DNA from: an uncultured Chloroflexia bacterium
GTDB lineage: Bacteria > Chloroflexota > Limnocylindria > Limnocylindrales > CSP1-4
Direction of reading: 5' to 3'
DNA length: 64,000 nucleotides
NCBI GenBank assembly: GCA_963704935.1
Contig: CAVPIF010000001.1
Span: forward strand, 1,601,969-1,665,968
The notes under the pieces are model-generated. The model saw only the letters and a list, made by a program, of their open reading frames with translations, made no database searches and had not been told where the DNA came from. Positions 11,171 through 19,810 of this stretch are shown piece by piece. The position numbers were made by a program, and so were the translations under genes. The number at the start of each line of letters is the position of its first letter. Positions within the stretch are counted from its first letter, which is position 1.

Positions 11171-11237
11171 CCATCGCCCCGCCGAGCAGCGTCGTCGCGC
11201 CGGCCAGGGCGCCAACCATGACCCTCTAGGAGTCAAT

Positions 11238-13143
11238 GTGGGCAAGAACGTCGCCGTCTTCGTGGACGTGGCGAACATCTTCTATGCGGCCAAGGCCGCC
11301 GGCGTGGACATCGATTACGTCACGCTTCTCAAGGCGGCCTCGGCCGGACGCGACCTCGTGCGCGCCTACGCGTACACGGGCCTCGACCCGGACAACGAGA
11401 ACCAGCGCAACTTCCATGACTTCCTGCGCCGCAGCAACTACAAGGTCGTCAGCAAGGACATCCGCAAGTACGGCGACGGCAAGGTCAAGGCCAACCTGGA
11501 TATCGAGCTGGTCGTCGACATGATGAAGACGGCCCGGAATCTCGATATCGCGATCGTCGTGTCCGGCGACGGCGACTTCGCCCCGGCCATCCGCGCCGTC
11601 CAGGAGATGGGCGTGCGCTGCGAGGTCATCAGCTTCCGCGGCAACACCTCGTCCGATCTGATCGAGGTCGGCGGACCAGTTCACGGACATCACCCAGCTG
11701 GCCCGCGTCGAGAAGGGCTCCAGGTCCGGCCGGCGCGTCGCCGACGCGGACGACCTGTCGATGACCGAGGTGCCGGACAAGCAGACGGAGGGCACCGGAA
11801 CCGGCCGCGGTCGCGGTGTCCGCGGGCGCGGCCGAGCGCGGGCGGAGGCCGAGCCGGTCGCCGCAGCTTCGCGCGGCCGAGGACGCGGACGAAGCGCGCC
11901 GGTATCCGCGGGGTCGGACGGCGGCGGCGATCCCGGGCTGCGCGCCCTTCCCGGAGAGCGCCTGTCCAAGGCGGTCGGCAGCCTGACCGAGGCGGATCTC
12001 GCCGCAGCCGAGGTCTTCACGCTGGACGCGGGTGATGCGCCGTCCGGGGCACCGGCCGCGATCGACACCGACACCGGCGCGCCGCGGTCCGATGAGGAAG
12101 GCGATGGCCAGCGCCGCCGCCGCCGGCGCGGTGGTCGCGGTCGCGGTCGCGGTCGCGGTCGCGAGGACGGGGCGCCGATGGAGTCCGAGGCACCCGTCGC
12201 GGACGCGTTCGAACCCGAGGAGGACGACGACGAGCCCGTGGCGGCTCCGCGCGCCCCACGATCCACCCCGTTCGGCTCGGTGTGGGACTCACAGCTCGGA
12301 ACGTCGGCGTCGCCGGCGGCGGCCGCAAGTCTGCCGCCCGCCAGAGACGACGAGGATTTCGACGAGCCGGAGATCCCCGAGTACCTCATCGCGGAACAGC
12401 GTCGCAGTTCCAGCGGTGGTCGGGGCGGCCAGGGCGCCCGTGGTGGTCGGTCCGCCTACCAGTCCGCGATGGAGCGGGAGCGCTACGGGCGCGGGAGCGG
12501 CGGCGGTATCAACCGCTATCCGGACGTGAGCGGCCGCACCGGCCAGGGCAGCCAGGGCGGCCGCGCCGGCCAGGGCGGCAGGACCGGAGGGGCCGAGGAC
12601 CGATCGTACGGCCGTGGTCGCGATGAGCGACCGCGCGACCGGGTCCCGGCACCGCGCTCGTCCAGCGAGCCGTGGAGCGAGGTTCCGCCGGAGCTGGAGG
12701 CCATGTTGCGGGCGCAGGTCGCCCAGAAGCCCGGTGGTCCCCCGACGGAGACCGTCGAGGCATCGAAGCCGGCGCCGAAGCGCCGGACGACCCGCAAGAC
12801 CGCGGTCGACGCCGAGGCGACCGGAGCGGCCTTGACCGAGTCGACCGAGTCGACCGAATCGACCGCCCTGGAGGCCGAGGGGTCGAAGCCGGCGCCGAAG
12901 CGTCGGACGACCCGCAAGGTCGCCGCCGGGTCGATCGAACCGGCGACCGACGCCGAAGCCCCAGCCTCCGCTCCGGCGGTGAAGCCCCGGGCCACGCGCA
13001 AGCCGGCGGCGTCCAGGGTGAAGGCCGGGACGGCAACGCCGACGACCGGATCGGGTGACGGGGGTGCCGACGCCACCCCGGCGGCCAAGCGCCGGACGAC
13101 CCGGAAGCCCGCGGCCCCCAAGGCCGGGGACGAGACCGCCTGA
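11238..13143 (+). CDS. NYN/LabA-like domain protein with about 480-aa disordered Arg/Gly/Lys-rich repeat tail; apparent 1-nt frameshift at about 11670
   Basis: NYN core VAVFVDVANIFY...IVVSGDGDFAPAIRAVQEMGVRCEVISFRGNTSSDLIEV is in ORF 11238..12035. The continuation DQFTDITQLARVEKGS... is in the frame of ORF 11761..13143. An extra G sits at 11670/11671. AGGAG RBS before the GTG at 11238. Confidence 0.7.
12134..12163 (+). repeat. (ggtcgc)x5 microsatellite encoding (GR)n
   Basis: Direct reading; lies in the NYN-protein tail (RRRRRGGRGRGRGRGRED). Confidence 0.9.
12763..12918 (+). repeat. Two 36-nt direct repeats 120 nt apart (35/36 identical) encoding SKPAPKRRTTRK; weaker third copy at 13087-13107
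   Basis: tcgaagccggcgccgaagcgYcggacgacccgcaag at 12763-12798 and 12883-12918. Confidence 0.9.
12834..12864 (+). repeat. 3 x 9-bp tandem repeat (gaccgagtc) encoding (TES)3
   Basis: Direct reading. Confidence 0.9.
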
Positions 13144-13151
13144 CCCGGACC

Positions 13152-14384
13152 ATGGACGGCGCCCGGACCCGGGGGCATGTGGCCGCGCTCGGCGCGGTCG
13201 CGGCGATGATCCGGGGGCGGGCGCCCCATGCCGTGCTGCTCGTCGGCCCGGCGGGGGTCGGCAAGACCACCCTGGCGCTGGATCTGGCCGCCGGGCTCCT
13301 GTGCACCGCGGAGGACCGGGATCGCCGCCCGTGCGGCGCCTGTCGCGCCTGCCGCCTCGTCGCATCAGGCGGTCACCCGGACCTCCACCGGCTCGGCCCG
13401 GAGGGGCCCGGACGCCAGGTCGTCATCGGGGGCCCGGGCGCGCGCCTGCGCGGCGTCCGGGATCTCGTCGGCGACCTGGCGCTGATGCCCGTCGAAGGAG
13501 GTGCCCGGATCGCCATCGTCGAATCCGCCCAACGGATGAACGACGACGCCCAGGCGGCCCTGCTCAAGACGCTGGAAGAGCCGCCGGCCGGCGTCACGAT
13601 CGTGCTGTGCGCCGACGCGGAGGAACCCCTGCTCCCCACCGTCCGGTCGCGCTGCGCGCGCCTGCGGCTCGGCCCGGTCGGGACGCGGGACATCGAAACA
13701 CTGCTCTCCGACCGTGGTGTCGCCGATCCGCCGACCGCCGCTCGACTGGCCCGTGTCGCGGCCGGACGCCCCGGGGTCGCGCTGGCCTGGGCGGCCGACC
13801 CGGATGCCCTCCGACGGCGGGACGAGCTGAGCCGGATCCTGCTGGACCTGACGTCGGCGCGGCCGTCCCACCGCCTGGAAGCCGTCCGCTCCGCCGCGGT
13901 CGGTGCCGTCGCACTCGCCGCCCTGTCGAGGTCTGGCGACGGGGGCACCCGCACCGCCGTCGGATCGGCCAGCCCCGCAGTCCGCGGTCGCCGGCGCAGA
14001 GCGGACGACGACGCCCCCGGATCGGCAAGCGACCAGCGCCAGGATCCGGACGTCGGTGACGCGTCGGAGGGTGACCTCGAGGTGGGCGCCCCCGGCAAGG
14101 CTTCGGCCGCGGATCGTCGGCGCGCCGCGGAGGTCCTCGTCAGCGTCTGGACCGATGTGGCCCGCGACCTGTTGCTCGGCCGGCATGGGCTCGCCACCTC
14201 ACTCCGGGACCCGCGGCTCCTCGAGGAGACCATGGCCGTCGCGGAGGGGGCGGACGAGGCGGCCCTGCGGGAGTTCCTCGACCGACTCGGTCGCGCCGCC
14301 GTCCGGCTCGCTGGCAACGCCGCGCCGGAGCTGATCCTCGACGATCTCGCGCTGGCCTGGCCGCACCGACGGTCCGCCGCATGA
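13152..14384 (+). CDS. holB: DNA polymerase III delta-prime subunit
   Basis: HAVLLVGPAGVGKTTLA, zinc module CGACRAC, LLKTLEEPP, SRC motif TVRSRC. Confidence 0.9.
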   Translation: MDGARTRGHVAALGAVAAMIRGRAPHAVLLVGPAGVGKTTLALDLAAGLLCTAEDRDRRPCGACRACRLVASGGHPDLHRLGPEGPGRQVVIGGPGARLRGVRDLVGDLALMPVEGGARIAIVESAQRMNDDAQAALLKTLEEPPAGVTIVLCADAEEPLLPTVRSRCARLRLGPVGTRDIETLLSDRGVADPPTAARLARVAAGRPGVALAWAADPDALRRRDELSRILLDLTSARPSHRLEAVRSAAVGAVALAALSRSGDGGTRTAVGSASPAVRGRRRRADDDAPGSASDQRQDPDVGDASEGDLEVGAPGKASAADRRRAAEVLVSVWTDVARDLLLGRHGLATSLRDPRLLEETMAVAEGADEAALREFLDRLGRAAVRLAGNAAPELILDDLALAWPHRRSAA

Positions 14385-14680
14385 GCGCCGCCGCCCGGCT
14401 GGACGCCGTCATCCGCGGCCGGGTGCAGGGGGTCGGGTTTCGGTTCTTCGTCCTGCGTCGTGCCGCAGCTCTCGGGCTGGACGGCTGGGTCGCCAATGCC
14501 CCGGACGGGTCGGTCCGGGTTCGCGCCCAAGGTGCCCGGACCGCCCTCGACGAGCTGGTGGCCGCCCTCCGGGAGGGGCCCTCGGGCGCCGCCGTCGACG
14601 CCGTGGACGTCGCCTGGGGTGAGGTCCTGGGTGACCTTCCCGCGTTCGGCGTCCGAAGCGGCGCCCATCCCGGTGACTGA
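14381..14680 (+). CDS. acyP: Acylphosphatase
   Basis: VIRGRVQGVGFRFFV...GWVANAPDGSVRV. ATGA overlap with holB. Confidence 0.85.
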   Translation: MSAAARLDAVIRGRVQGVGFRFFVLRRAAALGLDGWVANAPDGSVRVRAQGARTALDELVAALREGPSGAAVDAVDVAWGEVLGDLPAFGVRSGAHPGD

Positions 14681-14754
14681 GGCCGTCGTGACCCGGATGC
14701 CGGGACGCTGAGAGGACCGGTGGGCTATTCCCACCGGGACCATCGTCCCGCACA

Positions 14755-15057
14755 GTGGGCACGATGGAGTCGAACTCGCCGGCTGAGGATCTCCCCGGGC
14801 TCTATCGCGCCATCCTTGATCGCGTCGCTGAACTCGAGGCGACCGGGGACCGCGACGAAGCCAGGCGCGTCCGTGTCGCCGCGACGCGGGAGTATTCGCG
14901 TGCGTGGGACGAGCGAGCCCACCGCCACCTTCGGGCGCTCCTCCAGCGTGCGGATCGCCCGACGGTGCGGGAGCGCAGCCTGGGCCGCGGCACCCGGCCG
15001 GGTCGGTCAGCTCCGGTCGCCGGTCGCGCCCGCCGGGTCATCACGCCGGAGGGCTGA
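14755..15057 (+). CDS. Hypothetical protein (100 aa)
   Basis: ORF with GC3 bias and a helical N-terminus. No recognised domain. Confidence 0.35.
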   Translation: MGTMESNSPAEDLPGLYRAILDRVAELEATGDRDEARRVRVAATREYSRAWDERAHRHLRALLQRADRPTVRERSLGRGTRPGRSAPVAGRARRVITPEG

Positions 15058-15098
15058 ACCGGGCATCGGACGGCAGCGCCGGGCGTACATTTGACGAC

Positions 15099-15404
15099 AT
15101 GACCGATCCCCGGACCGTCGACGCCGCCATCGGGCGGGCGCTCGAAGCCCTCGATGCCCTCGCCGAGCTCGGCGAGGAGATCGACGACGAGTGGACCTAC
15201 GTCACCGATCTCGCGGCCGCATGGCGCGGTCACCTCGAGGTGATCGCAGCGGCGCGGGCGGGTGAGGCGCTTGGCCCCGACGTCGACGCCGCCATCGATC
15301 ACGCGATCGACGAGACCTCGCGGATCGCCGACCCGCACCGCGCCATCGACTGGCTGTCCACGTTCCCGCAGGTGGTCCTCCTGGCCCTGGCGGAACCGAC
15401 GTGA
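15099..15404 (+). CDS. Hypothetical small acidic helical protein (101 aa)
   Basis: ATG at 15099 within track ORF 14904..15404. The stop overlaps the next gene's start. Confidence 0.45.
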   Translation: MTDPRTVDAAIGRALEALDALAELGEEIDDEWTYVTDLAAAWRGHLEVIAAARAGEALGPDVDAAIDHAIDETSRIADPHRAIDWLSTFPQVVLLALAEPT

Positions 15405-16075
15405 GGTTCCAGGACGCCGCCCGAGACGGTCGCGCGGTCGTCTATGCAGGGATCCAGTCGGACCCGCTCGTGGCCCGCGTCGCGGACGCCCTGGTCGATG
15501 CGACCGCTGGGCAGCGGATCCTCGCCCGGGCCGTGATGAACGGGGAGTCGACCGATCCCGCCATCTGGCATGCGATGTTCCCGACGTTGTTCGGCGCGGG
15601 TGCCGACCCGACCGAGCGCGACGGGTCGGAGGTCGTCCTGGCCGTCTCCCTCGCCGTCGCCGAGCGCGGCGACCAGGTCCGCAGCCAGGTTCGCGGAGCG
15701 ATCATCGAGGAGATCACCGCTCGCCTGCTCGCCCGTCGCGTGGGAGCCGCCGCCGTCCGGCGCGAACGGCGGATCCTGTTCGACGGCGTCCGCGCGGAGA
15801 TCCACCCGTACGACGTGACCGTGGAGCGCGACGGCGCGGCCGAGGCCTGGGACTGCAAGTGGGGCGCGCGCGGCATCGGTGCGGACGTGCTGCACCAGCT
15901 CGATGACGCGCGGACCCATGCGGCCGACGAGGACGATGTCCTCCGCGTCGGCCTCGTCGTGTTCGACGCGGGTCGGTCCTGCGCGGTCCGGCTGGACCGG
16001 CAGACGGCCCCGACCGGGGGCACGACGATCATCGCCCTGGAGAACCTCCCGCAACTCGCCGGGCCGGCCAGGTGA
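15401..16075 (+). CDS. Hypothetical protein (224 aa) with possible PD-(D/E)xK nuclease-like motifs
   Basis: Sequence IIEEITARL ... HPYDVTVERDGAAEAWDCKWG fits an E / D / DxK arrangement. Overlapping start and stop with both neighbours. Confidence 0.5.
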   Translation: MRFQDAARDGRAVVYAGIQSDPLVARVADALVDATAGQRILARAVMNGESTDPAIWHAMFPTLFGAGADPTERDGSEVVLAVSLAVAERGDQVRSQVRGAIIEEITARLLARRVGAAAVRRERRILFDGVRAEIHPYDVTVERDGAAEAWDCKWGARGIGADVLHQLDDARTHAADEDDVLRVGLVVFDAGRSCAVRLDRQTAPTGGTTIIALENLPQLAGPAR

Positions 16076-16851
16076 CCGATCGGGCCATCGCGGACTCGGC
16101 CACCGCCGACGGAGCCACGAGGTCCGCCCCGTTCCGGCTCCGGTTCGACGAGGCCGGGCCGGACGGATCCCTGCGCACGTCGACGCTCCTGCGGTTCGCC
16201 CAGGACCTCGCCTGGCAACACTCCGACGAGCGCGGCTTCACCCGGGCGTGGTACGCGGATCGCGGGCTGGCCTGGCTGGCACGCGCTGCGGAGGTGGCCG
16301 TCCTGCGCCGAGTCCTCGTCGGGGACCGGCTGATCGGGACGACCCGCGTGATCGGCTGGCGACGGGTCTGGGCACGCCGACGGACGGAGTTCAGCAACGA
16401 GGCGGGGCACTCGGTCGCCACGACCCACGTCGACTGGGTGCTCCTGGATGGGCGGGGCGCCCCGACACGGATCCCGGCCGACTTCGAGGCCGCGTTCGGG
16501 GCGCCGCAGGGGTCGCTCACGCTCGCCCGGGTGGACCTGGGACCGTCTCCGGCGGAGGCGGATCGCGCGACCTTCAGCGTGCGACCACAGGAGCTCGACC
16601 CGATGGATCACGTCAACAACGCCGTCTATGCCGACTGGATGGAGGAGCGCGTCATGGCGACCGGCGGCGCCGCCGGGATCGCCGCGACCCGCGCGCTTCC
16701 GCGCGTCGCGCGGCTCGAGTACGTCCGTGCCGCCGATCGCGGGATGTCGGTCACTGCCCGGACCTGGCGCGCCGGCGATGGGGGCTGGTCGTGCCGGCTC
16801 CTGGATCCATCCGGCGCAGACCTGCTGCGTGGCCGACTGGAATGTGGCTGA
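16072..16851 (+). CDS. Acyl-ACP thioesterase family protein (double hot-dog)
   Basis: FRLRFDEAGPDGSLRTSTLLRFAQDLAWQHS and second-domain motif RPQELDPMDHVNNAVYADWMEE. Confidence 0.75.
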   Translation: MTDRAIADSATADGATRSAPFRLRFDEAGPDGSLRTSTLLRFAQDLAWQHSDERGFTRAWYADRGLAWLARAAEVAVLRRVLVGDRLIGTTRVIGWRRVWARRRTEFSNEAGHSVATTHVDWVLLDGRGAPTRIPADFEAAFGAPQGSLTLARVDLGPSPAEADRATFSVRPQELDPMDHVNNAVYADWMEERVMATGGAAGIAATRALPRVARLEYVRAADRGMSVTARTWRAGDGGWSCRLLDPSGADLLRGRLECG

Positions 16852-16863
16852 CGCCGGGTCGAC

Positions 16864-17814
16864 TCAGTCGGGGACGATCTCCGTCCCGGCCTCCCCGGCC
16901 AGGGCGGCCTCCATGCCGTCCGGAGAGGTGATGATCGCCCTTCCGCCAGCCTGTTCGAGGTACCAGATGCACGCCTCGATCTTGGGCTGCATGCTGCCCG
17001 GCGCGAAGTGGGTGCCCTCGGCGAGGTAGCGCTTCGCCTCGCCGATCGTGAGGCGGTCCACCCAGCGCTGCTCCGGTCGACCCCAATCGAGTGCGACGCG
17101 CGGCACCGACGTGCTGATCATGAACACGTCGGCGCGCAACTCGATGGCCAGGAGCGCGGAGGCGAAGTCCTTGTCGATCACGGCGGCCACGCCGTGAAGA
17201 TCGCCGTGCTCGTCCGCCACGACCGGGATGCCACCGCCACCGACGGTGATGACGACGAAATCCGCACGCAGCAGCGAACGGACTGCGTCGAGCTCCACGA
17301 TCCGTCGCGGTCTTGGCGACGCCACGACCCGTCGCCAGCCACGGCCGGCATCCTCGCGCACGGCCCAGCCGTCATGGTCCCGGCGGCGGATGGCCGTGGG
17401 CTCGTCCATGAACGATCCGATCGGCTTGGACGCCTGCTCGAACGCTGGATCGTCCGCGGCGACCTCGACCTGCGTGACCAGCGTGACGGCTTGCCGGTCG
17501 ATGCCGAGGCGCCGGAAGTCGTGGCCGAGGTTCTGCTGGAGCTCGTAGCCGATCGCGCCCTGTGAATCGGCGTCGCAGACGTCGAGCGGCACCTCGTGGA
17601 GCTCATGGGCCGCGAGCTCCGACCGGCGGAGGATGAAGCCGACCTGTGGCCCGTTCCCGTGGCCGATCGCGACGTGCCAGCCGTCCTTGATGATGCGGGC
17701 GATGTGCGTGCTCGTCTCGCCCAGCGCCTGGTACTGGTCCGGGACGGACATGTGCTGGGCGTCCTTGATCAGCGAGTTGCCACCGATGGCGACGACGAGG
17801 ACCTGGTTGGACAT
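16864..17814 (-). CDS. arcC: Carbamate kinase
   Basis: LVVAIGGNSL...HVAIGHGNGPQVG...ITVGGGGIPV. AGGAGG RBS. Confidence 0.9.
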   Translation of the reverse strand: MSNQVLVVAIGGNSLIKDAQHMSVPDQYQALGETSTHIARIIKDGWHVAIGHGNGPQVGFILRRSELAAHELHEVPLDVCDADSQGAIGYELQQNLGHDFRRLGIDRQAVTLVTQVEVAADDPAFEQASKPIGSFMDEPTAIRRRDHDGWAVREDAGRGWRRVVASPRPRRIVELDAVRSLLRADFVVITVGGGGIPVVADEHGDLHGVAAVIDKDFASALLAIELRADVFMISTSVPRVALDWGRPEQRWVDRLTIGEAKRYLAEGTHFAPGSMQPKIEACIWYLEQAGGRAIITSPDGMEAALAGEAGTEIVPD

Positions 17815-17868
17815 CGATCTGCCTCCTGGGCGTGGGCGACGCCTCTCCGCGCTCTGCCGACGCGCCGG

Positions 17869-18846
17869 TCAGCGCATCGTCAGGGCCATGACCGCCTTCT
17901 GGGCGTGGAGCCGGTTCTCGGCCTGGTCGTACACGACCGACCGCGGACCGTCGATGACCTCGTCCGCCACTTCGACGCCGCGCTCGGCCGGGAGCGGGTG
18001 CATGTAGATCGCGTCGTCGGCGGCCATCGCCATCCGGCGCCCATCGGTGATCCAGTCCGTGTAGCGCGCGGCGATCGCGGCGCCGTCCGCGTCATCCTTC
18101 GCGTGGAGCAGGGCGCCCCAGCTCTTGGCGTAGACGACGTCGGAGCCGCGGAAACCGGCCTCGAAGTCGTCCAGTCGTTCCAGGCTCCCATGCGACACGC
18201 GCGTGTTCTCCTGTGCCTGGGCGAGGATGTCGGGCATCAGCTCGAACTCCGGTGGGTGGACCAGGCGGACGTCCATGCCGTAGCGGGTCGCGGCCAGCAG
18301 GAGGTCCTGCGGGACGCTGATCGGCTTCTGGTAGGACGCGGCGTACGCCCAGCTGATGGTGATCGTCTTCCCCCGCAGGTCGCCCTTGCGCTCGCGCATC
18401 GTCATCAGGTCCGCCAGGATCTGGTGGGGGTGATAGACGTCGCATTGCATGTTGAGGACCGGGACGCGGCTGGCCGCTGCGACGTCGCGGATGTACTGGT
18501 TGCCGATCCCCCAATCCACGTTGCGGATGGCGATCCCGTCGTTGTAGCGGCCCAGGATCTCGCCGATCTCGGTCGGCGTGTCGCCGTGCGCGATCTGGGT
18601 GGTCCGGCTCTCGATGAACTGGGCGTGACCGCCCAGCTGCGCCATCCCGGCCTCGAATGAGGCCCTGGTCCTCGTGCTGGAGAAGAAGAACAGCATCGCC
18701 AGGACCTTGTCGCGAAGGAGCGGGTGGGCGACGCCCATGGCCCGGTCACGCTTGAGCTGGAAGGCGACGTCGAGGATCGTGTCGATCTCGTCCGTCGTGA
18801 ACTCCTGGAGGCTGATCAGGTCGCGGCCGCGGAGGTCGGTCTGCAT
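17869..18846 (-). CDS. YgeW-like carbamoyltransferase (ATCase/OTCase superfamily, 325 aa)
   Basis: Track ORF 17869..19281 trimmed to the ATG at 18846 (MQTDLRGRDLISL). Motifs STRTR, TQIAHGDT, NMQCDVYHPHQ, ISWAYAASYQKPISVPQD, DVVYAKSWG and YMHPLP. These stretches match my recollection of E. coli YgeW. Confidence 0.8.
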   Translation of the reverse strand: MQTDLRGRDLISLQEFTTDEIDTILDVAFQLKRDRAMGVAHPLLRDKVLAMLFFFSSTRTRASFEAGMAQLGGHAQFIESRTTQIAHGDTPTEIGEILGRYNDGIAIRNVDWGIGNQYIRDVAAASRVPVLNMQCDVYHPHQILADLMTMRERKGDLRGKTITISWAYAASYQKPISVPQDLLLAATRYGMDVRLVHPPEFELMPDILAQAQENTRVSHGSLERLDDFEAGFRGSDVVYAKSWGALLHAKDDADGAAIAARYTDWITDGRRMAMAADDAIYMHPLPAERGVEVADEVIDGPRSVVYDQAENRLHAQKAVMALTMR

Positions 18847-18856
18847 CGCCGCGCCC

Positions 18857-19810
18857 CTACTCCGTCGCGCCCAGCACGAGGCTGAGCAGGGCCATGCGCA
18901 GGACGACGCCGTTGAACGCCTCCACCCAGTAGCGCTGGTGGCGCGTCTCGTCGACGTCGGGCAGGAGTTCGTCCATGCGCGGCAGCGAGTGGAGGATGAT
19001 CGAGCTTGACTTGGCCTTCGCGGCGAGCAGCTCGCGAGTGACCCGATAGGCCTCCGGCGTGGTCGGGAGTTCCCCGCTCCGTTCCTCGCGGCCCTTCGTG
19101 TAGTCGGCCTGGACCACTGGCTCCATGTAGATGACGTCCGCCTGGGCGATCCCCTCCTCGACCGACGCGATCTCGCGGTAGCGCACGTTGACGGCGTCCA
19201 GTTCCGCCTTGAACTCGGGCAGCAGCGACATGTCCGGCGGTCCCACGACGAGGGCCTCGGCATCGAACTGCGACAGCGCATAGAGGATCGAGTGCATCGT
19301 CCGCATCCGCATGTCGCCCACCAGGAGGTAGGTCAGCCCGTCCAGCGTCCCGAGTTCCGTCCGTACGGTGTACAGGTCGGTCAGGACCTGGGTCGGGTGC
19401 TCGCCCCAGCCGTCACCGCAGTTGATGACCGGCACGGACGCCCAGCGCGCGGCCTCGGCCGGTGCGCCCTGCTGGAAATGCCGGATGGCGATGACGTCGC
19501 CGTAGTACTCCAGCATGTGGAAGGTGTCCTTGATCGACTCCTGGTAGAAGTCACCGGCGCGGGTCATCTTCGCGTCGGAGAAGCCGAGGACATGGCCGCC
19601 CAGCCGATGCATCGCGGCCTCCGTGGAGAGGCGGGTCCGGGTACTGGGCTGATAGAAGGCCGTCAGCAGGGTCTTGTTCTTGAGCAGGTCGCCGTTGCGC
19701 CGGTCGCGGGCGTATGGCTTGAGGTCGTCGCAGACCTCGAAGACGCGCTGGAACTCGTCGCGGCTGAAGTCCTTGAGCGACAGGATGTCGCGGCCGAGGA
19801 AGCTTCTCAT
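18857..19810 (-). CDS. Divergent aspartate-carbamoyltransferase (PyrB)-like paralog, substrate unknown (317 aa)
   Basis: STRTR, IRHFQQG, GDGWGEHPTQ, VGDMRMRTMHS, ILHSLPRMDEL and NGVVLRMALLSLVLG are colinear with PyrB. The RVQKER region instead reads EPVVQAD. Confidence 0.8.
   Translation of the reverse strand: MRSFLGRDILSLKDFSRDEFQRVFEVCDDLKPYARDRRNGDLLKNKTLLTAFYQPSTRTRLSTEAAMHRLGGHVLGFSDAKMTRAGDFYQESIKDTFHMLEYYGDVIAIRHFQQGAPAEAARWASVPVINCGDGWGEHPTQVLTDLYTVRTELGTLDGLTYLLVGDMRMRTMHSILYALSQFDAEALVVGPPDMSLLPEFKAELDAVNVRYREIASVEEGIAQADVIYMEPVVQADYTKGREERSGELPTTPEAYRVTRELLAAKAKSSSIILHSLPRMDELLPDVDETRHQRYWVEAFNGVVLRMALLSLVLGATE

Noticed and set aside
10289-11278. N-terminal 330 aa of the 741-aa ORF containing the Liv binding protein
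   Set aside because: The extension overlaps the plus-strand GNAT gene. A lipoprotein signal peptide with a strong RBS starts at 10288.
12134-12864. Short tandem repeats considered as a CRISPR-like or VNTR locus
   Set aside because: The units are 6-9 bp with no spacers. They are in frame and simply encode low-complexity (GR)n and (TES)n peptide.
12289-14743. Very long minus-strand ORFs (12289..13365, 13373..14743 and others) antisense to the NYN tail and holB
   Set aside because: They encode Arg/Pro/Gly-rich nonsense, lie opposite genes with clear family motifs, and are typical shadow ORFs of 70% GC DNA.
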